DNA of 64,000 nucleotides from a virus (lineage: Duplodnaviria; Caudoviricetes), in the IMG/VR virus record IMGVR_UViG_3300006120_000019, positions 1 to 64,000 of that record, one strand, 5' to 3'. Made by a program: the position numbers and the translations under genes. The notes below the pieces were generated by a model, which did no database searches, was not told where the DNA came from, and saw nothing but the letters and a program-made list of their open reading frames with translations. Shown piece after piece: positions 36,942 to 46,960 of this stretch (positions within the stretch are counted from its first letter, which is position 1; the number at the start of each line of letters is the position of its first letter).

Positions 36942-39555
36942 CGAAGAAATTACTCACTGCACTACCAATATCTGTAGACGCAGTGTTTATTGCAGAGTTG
37001 ATTGCAGATGTAGCTTGACCTTGTAGGCCCGCCAGCACGTTCTGTGCTTGAGTAATATTTGTAGCAGCTGACTGTGATTTAGCAGTTGGCAATGAGTAAA
37101 TTGGCGTAGGAATCTTGTTGTTGCCAAGAATTTTTACTACCGCGGTATCCACGGTAGAACGATTCACAGTATTACTGAATCCTGCGGCTTGTTTGGTTTG
37201 CCCAGCTAGGCCACCGCCTCCCATAAATGCTCCAACCACACTACCCAATCCTGGTATACTGCTTAGTGAACTCAACGAACTCAATGATCCGCCGCCAAGT
37301 ATTCCTCCTAAACTGTTTAACACAGTAGGAGCCAAAGAAGTGCTACCACTGAAAATAGCAGTTCCGACTTGTATGGCTGTGTTGAGATTTTTTGCATCGT
37401 TACCGCTGATACCCAGTGCTTTTTCTGCTACACCAAGTACTGCAGGATTAGATAATAGACTACTAGGATCAAAGTTTGTGATTGCATCACTGAGATTAGA
37501 TCCTGCATTTTCAACAAAACTTGTTACTTTGTCAGCAGTAGCACTGATACTATCGCTGATGTTAGTGGTCAAATTATCAATAGCTGAACCTGGATCCGAC
37601 ACCAAACTTGCAAAGTCAGAACTTTTTCCAAGATTAGCAATTTGATCTCCAACTGTAGTATTGCCATTTATTATATTGGTCACAGCAGAGTTAATACTAT
37701 TGGTCACAGAATTAGTAACTTGATTTATGGTTTTATTAATATAACCATTGACTACCTGCGATGCCACATTGTTTCCTAATGTTGAAGTGACGTAATTATC
37801 TACTGCTATTGTGCCAAATTTACTAGCAGTGGATATTAATCCCGCAGTGGTTCCTGTGATTGCACTGTTTACTTGTCTGGTAGTGTTATCTGCTACAGTA
37901 AAGTCTGCTCCGCTATCTATGTTATTGACTGCACCATTCACTAACGAATTTGTTATTGCTAAAGCAGTAGATGTGAGTGCCACTGCTGGAAAGTTTGATA
38001 AAGCCGATTGTACCACACCAGGTACACTCAGTGCAGAATTAACTGCCAAACTTATTGCTGACACTTGTTGTAAGCCAGACTGTGTGTAAATTTGCCCTTG
38101 ACTAATTGACGGTTGTGTTACTGGAGGTGTTATAACTCCAGTGGCAGTGAGCTGATTGTAGGCATTTTGCATCAATGTTGTTTGAGCAATATTTTGTATC
38201 AAAGGACTTGATGTCATATCATTCAGTGAATTAATCCCATCTTTGCCAGTCCAAACTCCTGGTGCGCTCAACACCTGTACAAAATTTCCAGGAGTTCTTT
38301 CTACATAAGTAGCACCAACTGATCCGTCCCAGGTTATGTAATTGGTCCAAATAAAAGTATGCCCAGTTGAAAAAATTCCATAATATTGATAGGTACCTGG
38401 AATGGCTTGCTCATCTGGTATCACAGGAATGGTTCCTTTGTCATCAAACGTAAACGGGCCGCCATAGGTATAACCATTGGGGTTTACACTATCACTTATT
38501 ATACTCAAGGAATTCCATAGTTCGGTAGAATCAGGTTTGAGTATCTGTGCCGCAATACCAGCAGGGCCGCCAAGATTGTCAATGCTTAATGTCACTGTGT
38601 ATGTTCCCGCAGTAACAGACGTAGTAAAAGTTTTGTAATCTAAGAAAGAATCATAGGAAAATGTTCCTACTCCATCAATGATAATTGCACCAATGTTGTC
38701 TGTACTAAGTTTAATAGTATATGTTCCTGTTGTAGGAAATGTTAAATTGAATCTGTAGACATTTATAGTAACATCTTGTGCGCCACCAACCCATACTGCA
38801 TAGCTATCCATAAAAGAACACCATGTGGGAGCAGTAGGAGCCTTGTACCAGCCGCCTACTGCTTGCCAGACGAATGTGGTTTTAGGCACACCGGTAACTG
38901 AATAGTTTGCAGTATATCCAATAGGAAAAGTGGTAGGACCTGTTATACTTTCGTTGCCAGGAGTTATAAAATTACTGATTCCAGGTTTGAGATATCCTGC
39001 TTGTTCTAATTGGGGAGCATCAAGACCGTACTGTCCTAGTCCACCAGGGTATGTATTGGTATTAGTAATTGCAGTAAATGTGTTTGGTACAACAACTGCA
39101 TTGGCTGGTTGATTGACAAAATTTATAATTTGTGCTTGAACTGCTTGTACTTGTGAAGAACTTAGTGGCCCGATAGCAGGAGCATTGAGATTACTGCCGT
39201 TGTTGTAACCAGATCCGTCTGACACAATACCAACCACATTTCCCACATTCACAGGATTTGACAGTGCAGTATTTACAGATGATGGTAGTGTGGCAGAGAT
39301 AACTGGCAGTCCAGATATCACTGACAACAGTGCGATGTCGTCTACTCCAGCAGTACCACGATCCAATCGACTCAGTTGAAATTTTGTTATTTGCGATAGA
39401 CCACTGGTCAATGTTTGTCCAGGCAGGTAACCTACTAGACTGCCTGCTGCCACTTGCGAATAAAATACAGCATCAGCCTGACCTTGTGTGGTTCCAGTAG
39501 GAGCTCTGAGAACAAAGTTATCGCCGGACGCTAGTGTATATTTGAATATTGCCAT
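36937..39555 (-). CDS. Baseplate-associated protein with a lysozyme-like segment interrupted by a beta-sandwich insert
   Basis: Located between gp5 and gp25. GQYGLDAPQLEQAGYLKPG and VWTGKDGINSL..PLIQ flank an insert of about 225 aa. Confidence 0.6.
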   Translation of the reverse strand: MAIFKYTLASGDNFVLRAPTGTTQGQADAVFYSQVAAGSLVGYLPGQTLTSGLSQITKFQLSRLDRGTAGVDDIALLSVISGLPVISATLPSSVNTALSNPVNVGNVVGIVSDGSGYNNGSNLNAPAIGPLSSSQVQAVQAQIINFVNQPANAVVVPNTFTAITNTNTYPGGLGQYGLDAPQLEQAGYLKPGISNFITPGNESITGPTTFPIGYTANYSVTGVPKTTFVWQAVGGWYKAPTAPTWCSFMDSYAVWVGGAQDVTINVYRFNLTFPTTGTYTIKLSTDNIGAIIIDGVGTFSYDSFLDYKTFTTSVTAGTYTVTLSIDNLGGPAGIAAQILKPDSTELWNSLSIISDSVNPNGYTYGGPFTFDDKGTIPVIPDEQAIPGTYQYYGIFSTGHTFIWTNYITWDGSVGATYVERTPGNFVQVLSAPGVWTGKDGINSLNDMTSSPLIQNIAQTTLMQNAYNQLTATGVITPPVTQPSISQGQIYTQSGLQQVSAISLAVNSALSVPGVVQSALSNFPAVALTSTALAITNSLVNGAVNNIDSGADFTVADNTTRQVNSAITGTTAGLISTASKFGTIAVDNYVTSTLGNNVASQVVNGYINKTINQVTNSVTNSINSAVTNIINGNTTVGDQIANLGKSSDFASLVSDPGSAIDNLTTNISDSISATADKVTSFVENAGSNLSDAITNFDPSSLLSNPAVLGVAEKALGISGNDAKNLNTAIQVGTAIFSGSTSLAPTVLNSLGGILGGGSLSSLSSLSSIPGLGSVVGAFMGGGGLAGQTKQAAGFSNTVNRSTVDTAVVKILGNNKIPTPIYSLPTAKSQSAATNITQAQNVLAGLQGQATSAINSAINTASTDIGSAVSNFFG

Positions 39556-41129
39556 TATGGAAAATTTATCCCAGAATTTGTATCAAACTGATTGATAGCA
39601 TCGCTGACTGCCGAGGTTGCAGAATTGACTGCAGATATACTGACATTGGCAGGCATAGCAGGCGCATCAGGGGGCGAAGCTGGTTGTGCAGTTCCTAAGT
39701 TTACACTGGCTTGTACACCTTGATTGTGATAGGCATAAGGTTCGTGTGTGGGTGCTCGGGTAACTGCACTTGATAATCCCGACGGATTCACGGTCCATCC
39801 TGTGGTAGCATTAAACTGTACATCAGGTTGTATGTAGTTGGTTATACCTGTGGGCGCGTCAACTGGCAGAGTAGGGCCACCATTCAAGAACATGATACCG
39901 CCACTCAAACTCAGTGTGGCTCCAGCACCCCAACTGCCTAGTGTACTGCTCAATGCTAGACTAGTTCCTGCCTTGATCCCCATAGCTTTGGTAGCATACA
40001 AAGTCACGCTGCCTTTGCTGGCAAGGTCTAGTTTGCTATCGCTTTGAATTGTGGCATAACCTTTGCCTTTGACATTCAATGACCCTCCAGCATACATGTT
40101 TATGTCCTGATCAGCATGAAAATTCAGTGTGCCTTCGGTGCGTAGATTTATACTATTGGTAGAATATACATCTAGTGTACCTTCTTGTCCCAGTTCAACC
40201 CAGGTCTGTCCGTTAGCATGACAAATATAAAAACAATTTCCATCATCACTCATGGTAATTTGGTGACCTTTGGCTGTTCGGATACGCACAAGATTGTTGT
40301 TGCCATCTACATCACCATCATCCATGACAAAGGTGTGTCCTCCCCGTCGTCCAATTACATTGACATCTTGAGCTTGTAGTTTTGCTACATCTTTATCCGC
40401 CGTAGCATCGTCCACTCCGCCTTGGTAGATTGGTCGACCTGGAGTTGATATTCCATAGCAGTTACTAGGACTTTCTCGCTGGCTACTGCTGGCAATAGGT
40501 CCACGTATAGGATCATTGATTAGGCCTTGTTGGAACAGTGTAGCTGCCACATAGCTGTGTACTGGCTTAGGTTGATTAAAAACTTGAGGATTATCCGCAA
40601 TCTGTGTGTTAACCGGATTAATTTCTGTTACCGGCAAACTAGCACTACCATTAAAGTAGCTGGCCTGTGTAGAATTTTGTGTGGTAGCCTGTGATTTAGG
40701 CGCGGATCCAATAGCCGGAATCATGTGGTTGAGTCCTGGTTCTGGAATACATCCTATATAGTATCCCTTGGATGGGTCGCCTTCGACAAACATACACAAC
40801 ACACTGACACCAATGTCTGGTGGAGTAAACCACATGCCATAACTTTGTTGATTGCCCGGGGTATAGCCGCCGGTACCTGCGCTGGTTCCAGACTGCGGAG
40901 TCACTCCATAAAAAGGCGGCAGATAACTGACTGTACGCCAGCTATTGGGATTGTCTGGAGTGCCTGTAGCAAACTGTTTAATGTATACTTGCAGTCGACC
41001 TTGTCGAGTTGGATCAATGTTATTTTTGACCACTCCTATGTAAGGGCCGTTTTCAGTGGGCATGCCGCCACGGTCAAATTTAAAATTACTTGCTCTGCCT
41101 GTACTTCGTGGTAGATTTTCTCCGGCCAT
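39555..41129 (-). CDS. gp5: Baseplate central spike, gp5/VgrG-like (OB-fold plus beta-helix)
   Basis: GVVKNNIDPTRQGRLQVYI, PPDIGVSVLCMFVEGDPSKGYYIG and GHTFVMDDG...IRTAKGHQITMSD. Confidence 0.85.
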   Translation of the reverse strand: MAGENLPRSTGRASNFKFDRGGMPTENGPYIGVVKNNIDPTRQGRLQVYIKQFATGTPDNPNSWRTVSYLPPFYGVTPQSGTSAGTGGYTPGNQQSYGMWFTPPDIGVSVLCMFVEGDPSKGYYIGCIPEPGLNHMIPAIGSAPKSQATTQNSTQASYFNGSASLPVTEINPVNTQIADNPQVFNQPKPVHSYVAATLFQQGLINDPIRGPIASSSQRESPSNCYGISTPGRPIYQGGVDDATADKDVAKLQAQDVNVIGRRGGHTFVMDDGDVDGNNNLVRIRTAKGHQITMSDDGNCFYICHANGQTWVELGQEGTLDVYSTNSINLRTEGTLNFHADQDINMYAGGSLNVKGKGYATIQSDSKLDLASKGSVTLYATKAMGIKAGTSLALSSTLGSWGAGATLSLSGGIMFLNGGPTLPVDAPTGITNYIQPDVQFNATTGWTVNPSGLSSAVTRAPTHEPYAYHNQGVQASVNLGTAQPASPPDAPAMPANVSISAVNSATSAVSDAINQFDTNSGINFP

Positions 41130-42751
41130 TATGCGTCATCCTGTGCTATTGGTTGTGAGGTATCTGTAGTATTTTGTCCTACAGTTTGATCTTGTGGTGT
41201 GTCACCATTGTTACTGTCAATTCCTCCATTGCTGGTAGGAGGCGCTGGTGGTGCTGCAGGTTGTGTGCCTGGATTGCTTGGCGCAGTTTGACTGGTTGAA
41301 TTTGGTGCGGGGTTAGAATTTTGAAACTTTTGCAAACTGGTGACCCAGGTGCTAGAATCCGTGGTCAATGCATTTACTTGTCTACTCAAATTGTTCAAAC
41401 TCAAATTATTGATTACTGCATTGCCAATGATTGCTGTAGATGCGATGTTGGTATTAGAATCTACACTGCCTGTTTGTGGTCGCCCGTTGGCAGCAGCTGC
41501 AGTAGTATTAGTTTTGTTGTACTCAATCAAGGCACGGCCTTCAAGTTCTTGCTCAAATCTTCCCTTGCTAAATGTACTTTTACATTTGACCGCAGTATAG
41601 GTAATGTTTTCGATGGGTTCTCCGTATTGATTTTTTTTGATATCCATGATGCCAGTATCAAGATTGTAATCAGCGGGTTGGTTCCAACTTATATCAAAAA
41701 CAATTTGTTGGCTATCATAATTTATGCCGCCGTCAGCATTAAAAGGCTGAAAACTAAAATTGCTGGCAGGGCCAATGCCAGGGCCTGCCTCGCCTTGTTG
41801 CATCCAGGCAGGGTCTCCTACTATTTTCAAATGGCATTTGGCTTGATCAGTGGGGCTGCACAAAAAATCCATGAGATTGTCTCCAGCTTCATTGGTATAA
41901 TCAGGATTACCGCCTTGTGTATGCTGGGCACTGGTAGGCATGTAGGTTCTACGGAACTGATCTCTATGATCTACCAGTTGCTTGTTGCTAAAATTGGCTG
42001 CGCCGATGCCGCTGATAACCAATCTATAAAGATTATTATATTCTTGTTCAAAGTTCAATATCTGCGTATTGAGTCCTGTAAACCAGTAGTTGTAGCTTTT
42101 GTGGCTGCCTCGATATTGACTGTCTGGAAAATACTGACTGGCAGCCTGATTGATTGCATAAGGACTTATGACATATCTCATGCGGTATGCATAGTCGTGT
42201 CTAATATGATCATATCCCAGTGGCGTAGCAGACACTGATATTTTGTACCAGGCAGTGCTGTTGGTAGAAGAAGGGTTAGGCTTGGTTTGGCCGTCGGCAT
42301 CAACAATCACAGACTGTTGATTGGTTATGTATGTACTGCTACGTACCACCTGATCAATCAGTTGTACTATCTGTGTACCTGCAGTAATTTGCCAACCTTG
42401 TGTGTTGTAGTCTATAGAATTGGTTGACGAATTTAGTACGCTGGCCGCAGTGTTGTTGTTTTGCATAGGAGTAGTTGCATCATTTACCTGCCCTTGTTTT
42501 TTCATTTGAGCAGCTGCCAAATCAGGTGGTGCAAATTCTATTACATATTCATCTGCAAATTCTTGTTTTTTATCTTTTACCAGTTGTTGTTGATGTTGAT
42601 TTAGTGCATTCACCAGGCTAGCAGTTATTTCATTAGTTTTTATCAGAGCCGCAGGAGCCTTAGGCGGTGGCGTGGACGGATTGGCACTGGCAGCCGCAGT
42701 TGCCCTGTCTACAACTCTTGATAACAATCCAGAATTTAGTGTAGTAGCCAT
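41129..42751 (-). CDS. Baseplate hub protein (gp27-like), C-terminal part
   Basis: YNYWFTGLNTQILNFEQEYN, IVGDPAW and Y....CKSTFSKGRFEQELEG. Located upstream of gp5. Confidence 0.6.
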   Translation of the reverse strand: MATTLNSGLLSRVVDRATAAASANPSTPPPKAPAALIKTNEITASLVNALNQHQQQLVKDKKQEFADEYVIEFAPPDLAAAQMKKQGQVNDATTPMQNNNTAASVLNSSTNSIDYNTQGWQITAGTQIVQLIDQVVRSSTYITNQQSVIVDADGQTKPNPSSTNSTAWYKISVSATPLGYDHIRHDYAYRMRYVISPYAINQAASQYFPDSQYRGSHKSYNYWFTGLNTQILNFEQEYNNLYRLVISGIGAANFSNKQLVDHRDQFRRTYMPTSAQHTQGGNPDYTNEAGDNLMDFLCSPTDQAKCHLKIVGDPAWMQQGEAGPGIGPASNFSFQPFNADGGINYDSQQIVFDISWNQPADYNLDTGIMDIKKNQYGEPIENITYTAVKCKSTFSKGRFEQELEGRALIEYNKTNTTAAAANGRPQTGSVDSNTNIASTAIIGNAVINNLSLNNLSRQVNALTTDSSTWVTSLQKFQNSNPAPNSTSQTAPSNPGTQPAAPPAPPTSNGGIDSNNGDTPQDQTVGQNTTDTSQPIAQDDA

Positions 42752-42754
42752 AGA

Positions 42755-44227
42755 TTAAAAATTAAAATTAATTCCTGTGCTGGTATCAACTCCATTAGTT
42801 ACTGCCAATGTCAAATCTTTTAATACGTTGTTGACAGAAGCTGCAGCCGGAGATGTTCCTGTTTGACTGGTGGGTTTTGGTTGTGCTACTCTGGCACCCG
42901 GATCAACTGTACTGGTTTGTGAGGTAACCGGAGTTCCAACCAACATCTGTCCAATGGTACTGCCTGCTAGGTTAAAGTTAAAAGGAATACTACCACGGTC
43001 AGTGCCAATATTGTAGTAGTGAGCCTGTGGTTTGCCTGTGACTTCGTATTCAATCTGCTTGTTGGCCATGCGATATTTTAAATTTGCTATCACAAATGGA
43101 TAGTATTTTTCTATCACTGCTTGAGGATCATTTTTGGAAGGCACCCCGTCAGGACTATAAGCACCCACTGCAGGTGTAATCAAATTGCCCTGTTGATCAT
43201 AACCGTAAAAGTGTATGACCATGCAGTAGTGTGCCATTGGATAGTTGGGATTTTGAATAGATGTGGTAGCATTGGTTGTATTAGTATCAGTTGGTTGCGG
43301 TTGTTTGTACAGTGTGGACACCGCTTTGTACAAATTGTTGATCAAACTGATGCCATTGGGTTCAGTCACCTTGAATCTTATGTCTGTGGCACTGTGGCAT
43401 AGTCCTGTGCCACCTAGTGGAACAAGAGTGGTAATTTCCAGGTCGTCCATGTAGTAGTCATAGGGAAAAAATTGACTACGACCGCCGATTGACGCAGCAG
43501 ATGCTGCCACATTGTCTGCATAAAAATCTGATCCTGCTGTAGGAGTAGCGGCTGCACCACCGCTCTGCATCAACAACGACCACTGTGTTGAATTTTTTAA
43601 TCCATTTTGAAAATCAGTATACTGCTGAGGTGTTAACAGGTACCAAGAAAGTGCATAGGTATAACTGGCATATTGATCCAATTGATTTTGTTGGGTACGT
43701 ATGACACCATTAAAAGTCTGTGTTAAAACTTGTTGTGTAGTAGGACTATTTGATGCTGATGGATTGTCCTCGCTTTGTCTTGCTAGATTGTTAATACCAG
43801 TGCCAGATCCTGCACCAGGCAATTGTCCGGCAGCATATTGTTGTCCTAGAGTACTATTAGGACCCGACTGACTACCATTTTGCCCTAGTATACCTAGCGT
43901 TCCGGTGTCAGTGAACGTGCCACTGCCTAATGTACCATTGGCAAAATTTTGATTAGGATCATAGGGCGGTGTAGCCTGTGTTTGAGTTATGGGTTTTAAG
44001 GGTGCATCCGTGCCCGACTCTTCTGTAGCTGGTATTGTTTGGCCATTGACCACAGTGGTATTTGATGCCCCAGGAGGAGCAGTAGGTGTTCCAGCTGGAA
44101 TAATTCTACCATCCAGTGTTAAAAGTGTGCGTGGTTGTGTGGGATCTTGATCAAGAGCACCGTCATCTTTGGCCGCTTGTTGAGCACCTACTATGTCGCC
44201 AGAACTGTCAAGTTGATCAATGGGCAT
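42755..44227 (-). CDS. Baseplate hub protein (gp27-like), N-terminal part
   Basis: NQLDQYASYTY.LSWY, YYMDDLEI and FKVTEPNGISL...FYGYD. In frame with 41129..42751. Confidence 0.6.
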   Translation of the reverse strand: MPIDQLDSSGDIVGAQQAAKDDGALDQDPTQPRTLLTLDGRIIPAGTPTAPPGASNTTVVNGQTIPATEESGTDAPLKPITQTQATPPYDPNQNFANGTLGSGTFTDTGTLGILGQNGSQSGPNSTLGQQYAAGQLPGAGSGTGINNLARQSEDNPSASNSPTTQQVLTQTFNGVIRTQQNQLDQYASYTYALSWYLLTPQQYTDFQNGLKNSTQWSLLMQSGGAAATPTAGSDFYADNVAASAASIGGRSQFFPYDYYMDDLEITTLVPLGGTGLCHSATDIRFKVTEPNGISLINNLYKAVSTLYKQPQPTDTNTTNATTSIQNPNYPMAHYCMVIHFYGYDQQGNLITPAVGAYSPDGVPSKNDPQAVIEKYYPFVIANLKYRMANKQIEYEVTGKPQAHYYNIGTDRGSIPFNFNLAGSTIGQMLVGTPVTSQTSTVDPGARVAQPKPTSQTGTSPAAASVNNVLKDLTLAVTNGVDTSTGINFNF

Positions 44228-44228
44228 A

Positions 44229-44528
44229 TCAGAATCCTAATGCTGATTTTAGAGTAGAAAGTTTTGGCAAGTATATAGCAACACCAGCGGCAAAATCCAA
44301 TGGTGGCGCTTGTAGTGTATTTGGATTGCGTTGATAAAATACCCACCACAGTTTAGAGTCACCATATAAATCAAATGCCAACAGATCAGGTCTATACTGA
44401 TAGGTCAAATTGAGCTGGAACAATATGTCGTCAGGTTGTTTGGGTATGGGTCTGTTGACCATGGTATCCAAGAAAAACTGACTGTAGCCAGTGAGATAGT
44501 AAGGACTGGTTGAATCATAGGCAGCCAT
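44229..44528 (-). CDS. gp53: Baseplate wedge protein, T4 gp53/LysM-like
   Basis: YQYRPDLLAFDLYGDSKLWWVF..RNP. Start taken as MAAYD at 44528. Confidence 0.8.
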   Translation of the reverse strand: MAAYDSTSPYYLTGYSQFFLDTMVNRPIPKQPDDILFQLNLTYQYRPDLLAFDLYGDSKLWWVFYQRNPNTLQAPPLDFAAGVAIYLPKLSTLKSALGF

Positions 44529-45940
44529 TACCAAAATCCTCCATTCAACAATGAGCCACTGGCAAAATCTCGCAGATTAAAGTTTTGACTGACCTGCTGA
44601 CGACTTTGTATTGGCAATAGTGATATTGATATTTCCATCTTGGTTGGTACATATGTGGGGGAATTCAACAGGTCTGCTCGGTTGGGTCCAGGATTTGATG
44701 TTGCCATGGCCCCAGGTGGCAAACCGTTGCTGGTTAATCTATAATTACTGGTTGAACCATTGGTAGGAACTGTGCTTTGACTGATCTGTTGATTTTGTTG
44801 ATTGGTTCCAAGATTACTGTTGCTGAGTGCACGAATATAGTCCACATCTGCAGGCAAGTTGTAATTGAAACTGGTTACTACACAAGGATGTTGTGCAAAT
44901 TGATAGGATCCTAGCCCTGTAAGAAATACCAAGGGCGGAGGCGATCCTCTTGAACTATCACTGGCACCGTAAAACATTTTTGTAACAGATCGGAAAAAAT
45001 GTATCACTGCTAGCAAATAATTGGCTTCGTTGGTATTTTGAGCAGTAAATTGTGCTCGCATGCCCACTTGGTCCACATAGCTGTTTTGATAAAAATATCC
45101 GCGATAGTTTGAATGTGTTAGATCATAATTGCTGTAGGTGGCCCGGTAAGAAGTGTCAATACTGGGCATGTAAGGAAATATCACACCGCCGGTGCCGCCT
45201 TGGCTAGCCAGTGGTGCCAAAATTCCAGGCACAGATGAATTGTACAAATAATCAGCGCCTGGTGCAAGACTCAGTTTTACTCGCCAGTCACCGTAGTTGA
45301 CTGATCGTTGTTGTGCAGCTATGGTTTGTTGTTGTTGCGCCAAATTCAGTGTGGCCTGTTGTTGTATGGCCGCAATTTGTTCTGAAGAATTCACTGGTGC
45401 ACTGTTAAAAAATGCAGTAGCTCCGCCATTGGTCAAAGATTGTTGTGCTGAATTGAGACCAAATGCATTATTAATATTGGTATTAGTTGAATTTGTAGTG
45501 TTTATTTGTGAAGCAGACACACTGGTAGTAGTATTTGCCAACTGAGGATTGGCATTGGCATTCACTGGATCTGGTGTTGCGGTTGCAGTGAGAGCCTGTT
45601 GATCTCGTTCTTGATACAGTTGCTGCTCGCCCAGTTGATTTTGATCCACGCCAATGGTATTGGTAGCCTGTTGTATGTTTTGTTGATTTTGCACAATACT
45701 GGCCTGGGCTTCTGCAATGTTTGCTTCAATGCCCGGTACGGCCTCTGGATCAAGATTGGGATCGTTTAGATTGGCTTGATCCGTTTCAATAGTTTGTTGT
45801 GCAGTTGCTATTTCATTTTGTGCAGACTGAATGGCCGCTTGATTCTCAGCAATATTTTGTTCCAAAGTAGCAATGGTCGCATTGACCTGTGCAAGGTCTG
45901 CTATGTAAAATGCTTTTTGTTCTGCGGTAAGTTCTGCCAT
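44528..45940 (-). CDS. Tail tube initiator / baseplate cap-like protein with an N-terminal coiled-coil extension
   Basis: GVIFPYMPSI..SY.A.Y......HSNY...FYQNS...FTAQN..EA.YLLAVIHFFRSVTKMFYG...PPP...L.G.G. Confidence 0.65.
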   Translation of the reverse strand: MAELTAEQKAFYIADLAQVNATIATLEQNIAENQAAIQSAQNEIATAQQTIETDQANLNDPNLDPEAVPGIEANIAEAQASIVQNQQNIQQATNTIGVDQNQLGEQQLYQERDQQALTATATPDPVNANANPQLANTTTSVSASQINTTNSTNTNINNAFGLNSAQQSLTNGGATAFFNSAPVNSSEQIAAIQQQATLNLAQQQQTIAAQQRSVNYGDWRVKLSLAPGADYLYNSSVPGILAPLASQGGTGGVIFPYMPSIDTSYRATYSNYDLTHSNYRGYFYQNSYVDQVGMRAQFTAQNTNEANYLLAVIHFFRSVTKMFYGASDSSRGSPPPLVFLTGLGSYQFAQHPCVVTSFNYNLPADVDYIRALSNSNLGTNQQNQQISQSTVPTNGSTSNYRLTSNGLPPGAMATSNPGPNRADLLNSPTYVPTKMEISISLLPIQSRQQVSQNFNLRDFASGSLLNGGFW

Positions 45941-45957
45941 GATAGTAATTTATATAC

Positions 45958-45965
45958 TATTTACC
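45958..45965 (-). promoter_or_regulatory. Late promoter-like GGTAAATA heading the baseplate operon
   Basis: Lies in the divergent intergenic gap upstream of ATG 45940. Confidence 0.7.
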
Positions 45966-46050
45966 AGGAAAATTATCGGCTTACATAATGATCAAGGTTG
46001 ACAATTGTGGGTTTTGTGCTACAATAAATATACATTCAGGAGAACCACCA

Positions 46051-46953
46051 GTGGCAGAAACTATCACTAGAACCCCAGTCAAAGTCAACTATCTCAACAA
46101 TAGAGATATACTCAAAGAAATTCATCTCAGCAAAAATACCTACTGTTCATTTCGTGATCCCAAACTGGATCACCAGTACGATATTATTTTGCCAGCAGTA
46201 AACAAAATCAATCAAAAAACTGTGGCCGAAGCTCGTCGTAATCGTGCAGACAGACTCAAACGCGAAGGAGTCATTGTGGATCCCAAAAAGATTGCCAACA
46301 CTGATCTTGTGTTTAGAATAACCTGTTGGGAACATATTCCCATGGCGCCCAAGAAGATCACCAAGGCCGAAGCCAAAAAACAAAAGCTGCAGGATATCTT
46401 TGAGCTGGAAATGGAGGAGGAAGATCCCCTGGCAGAATTGGTTGAGGTACCTGTACTGGATCCCAAACATGTGAGATTGAACTTTCCACCGTTCTATCAC
46501 TATCGCATAGATGAAAACAAGGTACCGTATCTGGTAGGTAAAAGTCACTGGAAGGGTGATTTAGAAACAGGCGAGTTTTCAAGAGATCACGGCGAAATGA
46601 CTCGCAAGTTGGCCACCATGTTTATGAAATTGTGTGAACGCTATGCCACAAGATCAAACTGGAGAGGATATACCTACAATGAAGAAATGCGCGGACAAGC
46701 CCTGTTGCAACTCAGTCAAATTGGACTACAGTTTGATGAATCAAAATCGCAGAACCCTTTTGCATATTACACTGCCGCTATTACCAATAGCTTTACTCGT
46801 ATCTTGAATTTGGAAAAGAAAAATCAAAACATACGTGATGACATCTTGGAAATGAACGGGCTCAATCCGTCATGGACTCGACAGAATTCTGGCAAACATT
46901 CCATGATGGCCATGTCCGGACCGGTTTACAGCAGTCTAGATGATGCAGTATAA
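46051..46953 (+). CDS. gp55: Late-transcription sigma factor, T4 gp55-like
   Basis: LCERYATRSNWRGYTYNEEMRGQALLQL...FDESKSQNPFAYYTAAITNSFTRIL..EKK. Start reassigned to GTG 46051, which follows AGGAGA. Confidence 0.88.
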   Translation: MAETITRTPVKVNYLNNRDILKEIHLSKNTYCSFRDPKLDHQYDIILPAVNKINQKTVAEARRNRADRLKREGVIVDPKKIANTDLVFRITCWEHIPMAPKKITKAEAKKQKLQDIFELEMEEEDPLAELVEVPVLDPKHVRLNFPPFYHYRIDENKVPYLVGKSHWKGDLETGEFSRDHGEMTRKLATMFMKLCERYATRSNWRGYTYNEEMRGQALLQLSQIGLQFDESKSQNPFAYYTAAITNSFTRILNLEKKNQNIRDDILEMNGLNPSWTRQNSGKHSMMAMSGPVYSSLDDAV

Positions 46954-46960
46954 TAGTTGA

